In this document: one piece after another, positions 62,531 through 64,000 of the stretch | How the letters are laid out: each line of letters opens with the position of its first letter | Numbering within the stretch: the stretch's first letter is position 1 | NCBI RefSeq assembly: GCF_018350175.1 | Contig: NC_058369.1 | Coordinates: 10,480,001 to 10,544,000 of the forward strand | Direction of reading: 5' to 3' | Origin: Felis catus | Taxonomy: Eukaryota | Length of the DNA stretch: 64,000 nucleotides | The notes under the pieces: model-generated | Told to the model about the DNA's origin: nothing | Seen by the model: only the letters and a program-made list of their open reading frames with translations | The model's database searches: none | Translations under genes and position numbers: made by a program

Positions 62531-63685
62531 GAGAATTGACTAGAAACAAATCAGAAACTATGAGCCTGATTCTAAAAGAAAAAAACAAAAGGGAAGAAAG
62601 AAAAATAATAAAATAAAATAAAATAAAATAAAATAAAATAAAATAAAACAACAAAACAAAACAAAACACAGTTGGTGCCTGGGATTGGCGGCTGTGCTGG
62701 TCTGGAGGAGAGGCCGGCTGCCTTGGGTCAGTCAGTCTTGCTCCAGTAAGTAAGCAGTTGTGAGGCATGCAGGTATGGGGTTTGGTGTAAGTGAGTCCTG
62801 CCTCCACTGGAGGCTGTTGTGCTGCTCCCTGAAGCCCCACTGTGTTGGTGATGGGGGGGGCGTGGAAAATGACAACACCCTCCCTGGACCAGGTGTCTCA
62901 AACCACACTGTTCAGGCGGTCTTCACATAATGGCGAGGGAAGTCAGATTGCCCTGCTCCACGGTCTCCCATTCCTCCTAGGTGCTCGGGCTGGGATTCAA
63001 AACCCAATGTCTTAAAGGACCCTGCACTGTGATGACCCTGTTCTGAAGCTGATTAAAGGCCTTTGGATGGCACCAAGGTCTTTTGTCCTTGGGGAGGCAA
63101 TAAAGCTTCCCAAAATTCTCCAAGAAGGGGGCTGTTCTCTCCCAGTGTGCCCCTGAGATCGCCACACTGTACTATGTGTTCAGGGCTGGCTCCCTCCTCC
63201 CTAGGAGTGTGCAAGGCTTCCAGCTCTGTTCCAGAGAAAGTCGCACACCTTTGTACCTCCAAGTTTCAGCTCCAGAGGCTTGATCCTGTCAAGCTATCTC
63301 CCTCCAACCATGGAGATCCTTCTGCCACTCCTCAGATAAATTTCCTGGGAGTTCCAAGTGATTTGATCTCAATACAACTGTGTTTTAAAAAAAAAAATTT
63401 TTTTTAGTGTTTATTTATTTTTGAGAGACAGAGAGAGACAGCATGAGCGGGAGAGGGCAGAGAGAGAGAGAGGGAGACCCAGAATATGAAGCAGGTTCCA
63501 TGCTCTGAGCTGTCAGCCCAGAGCCTGACGCGGGGCTCGAACTCACAGACCATGAGATCATGACCTGAGCCGAATTTGGACGCTCAACCGACTGAGCCAC
63601 CCAGATGCCCCTCAATACAACTGTGTTTGAGGGACAAGAAAATCCTGGTCCCCCTACTTCTCTGTGATCTTAACCTGACCTCCTC
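57590..63685 (-). mobile_element. Second long, more degraded L1 with SINE insertions (59180-59395, 61820-62035, 63390-63612)
   Basis: Collinear homology to the 48-55 kb L1 ORF2/ORF1. SINE TSDs tttaaatatctggtaga and ctcaatacaactgtgttt. Confidence 0.85.
62462..62527 (+). repeat. Compound (CA)n(TA)n microsatellite
   Basis: Directly visible. Confidence 0.9.
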
Positions 63686-64000
63686 AATTTCTTTTAATGT
63701 TAAGCAATATTCCATTGCCTGGGTGTGCCATAGTTTATTTATCCATTCACCTACTGAAGGGCATCTTGGTTGCTTCTAAGTGTTGGCAATGATCAATAAA
63801 GATGTTATAAATATGTATATACAGATTTTTTTTGTGTGGACATGTTTTAAATTCATTTGGGTATTTACCAAGGAGCAGATTGCTGGGTCATATAGTAAGA
63901 GTATGTTAAGTTTTGTACCATTTTGCATTCCTGTCAACAATGAATCAGAGGTGTTATTTTTCTACATCTTCACCAGCACTTGGTGTTGTCAGTGTTTTAA

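Overview
Mammalian genomic DNA, almost certainly a felid, judged from abundant CpG-rich feline-type Can-SINEs and carnivore L1s. It comes from an ADGRE (EGF-TM7 adhesion GPCR) gene cluster. Gene B (minus strand, 47494->27234) is an apparently intact ADGRE2/EMR2-like gene. I reconstructed 17 GT-AG exons with consistent phases (2190 nt, 730 aa): signal peptide, three EGF domains, GAIN/GPS with HL|S, and 7TM. Its terminal exon is unresolved. It looks mosaic, with an ADGRE3-like N-terminus on an ADGRE2-like stalk, and carries a dead fourth EGF exon split by a MaLR LTR. Locus A (minus strand, 14185->off the left edge) is a second ADGRE locus with an internal duplication. In order it has an intact exon 1, an exon 2 with a TGA, a broken EGF1, an open but diverged EGF2, a run of heavily decayed exons, and then a second, intact CD97/ADGRE2-type EGF1 exon. 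A CpG island sits inside it. Also present: a BBIP1 retrocopy, a solo LTR with a 6-bp TSD, a full-length degenerate L1 about 0.75 kb upstream of the gene B ATG, a second long L1, a triple-TSD nested L1/SINE insertion, a perfect 5x59-bp minisatellite and many SINEs. All family assignments come from my recall of the human proteins and repeat consensuses, not from database searches.
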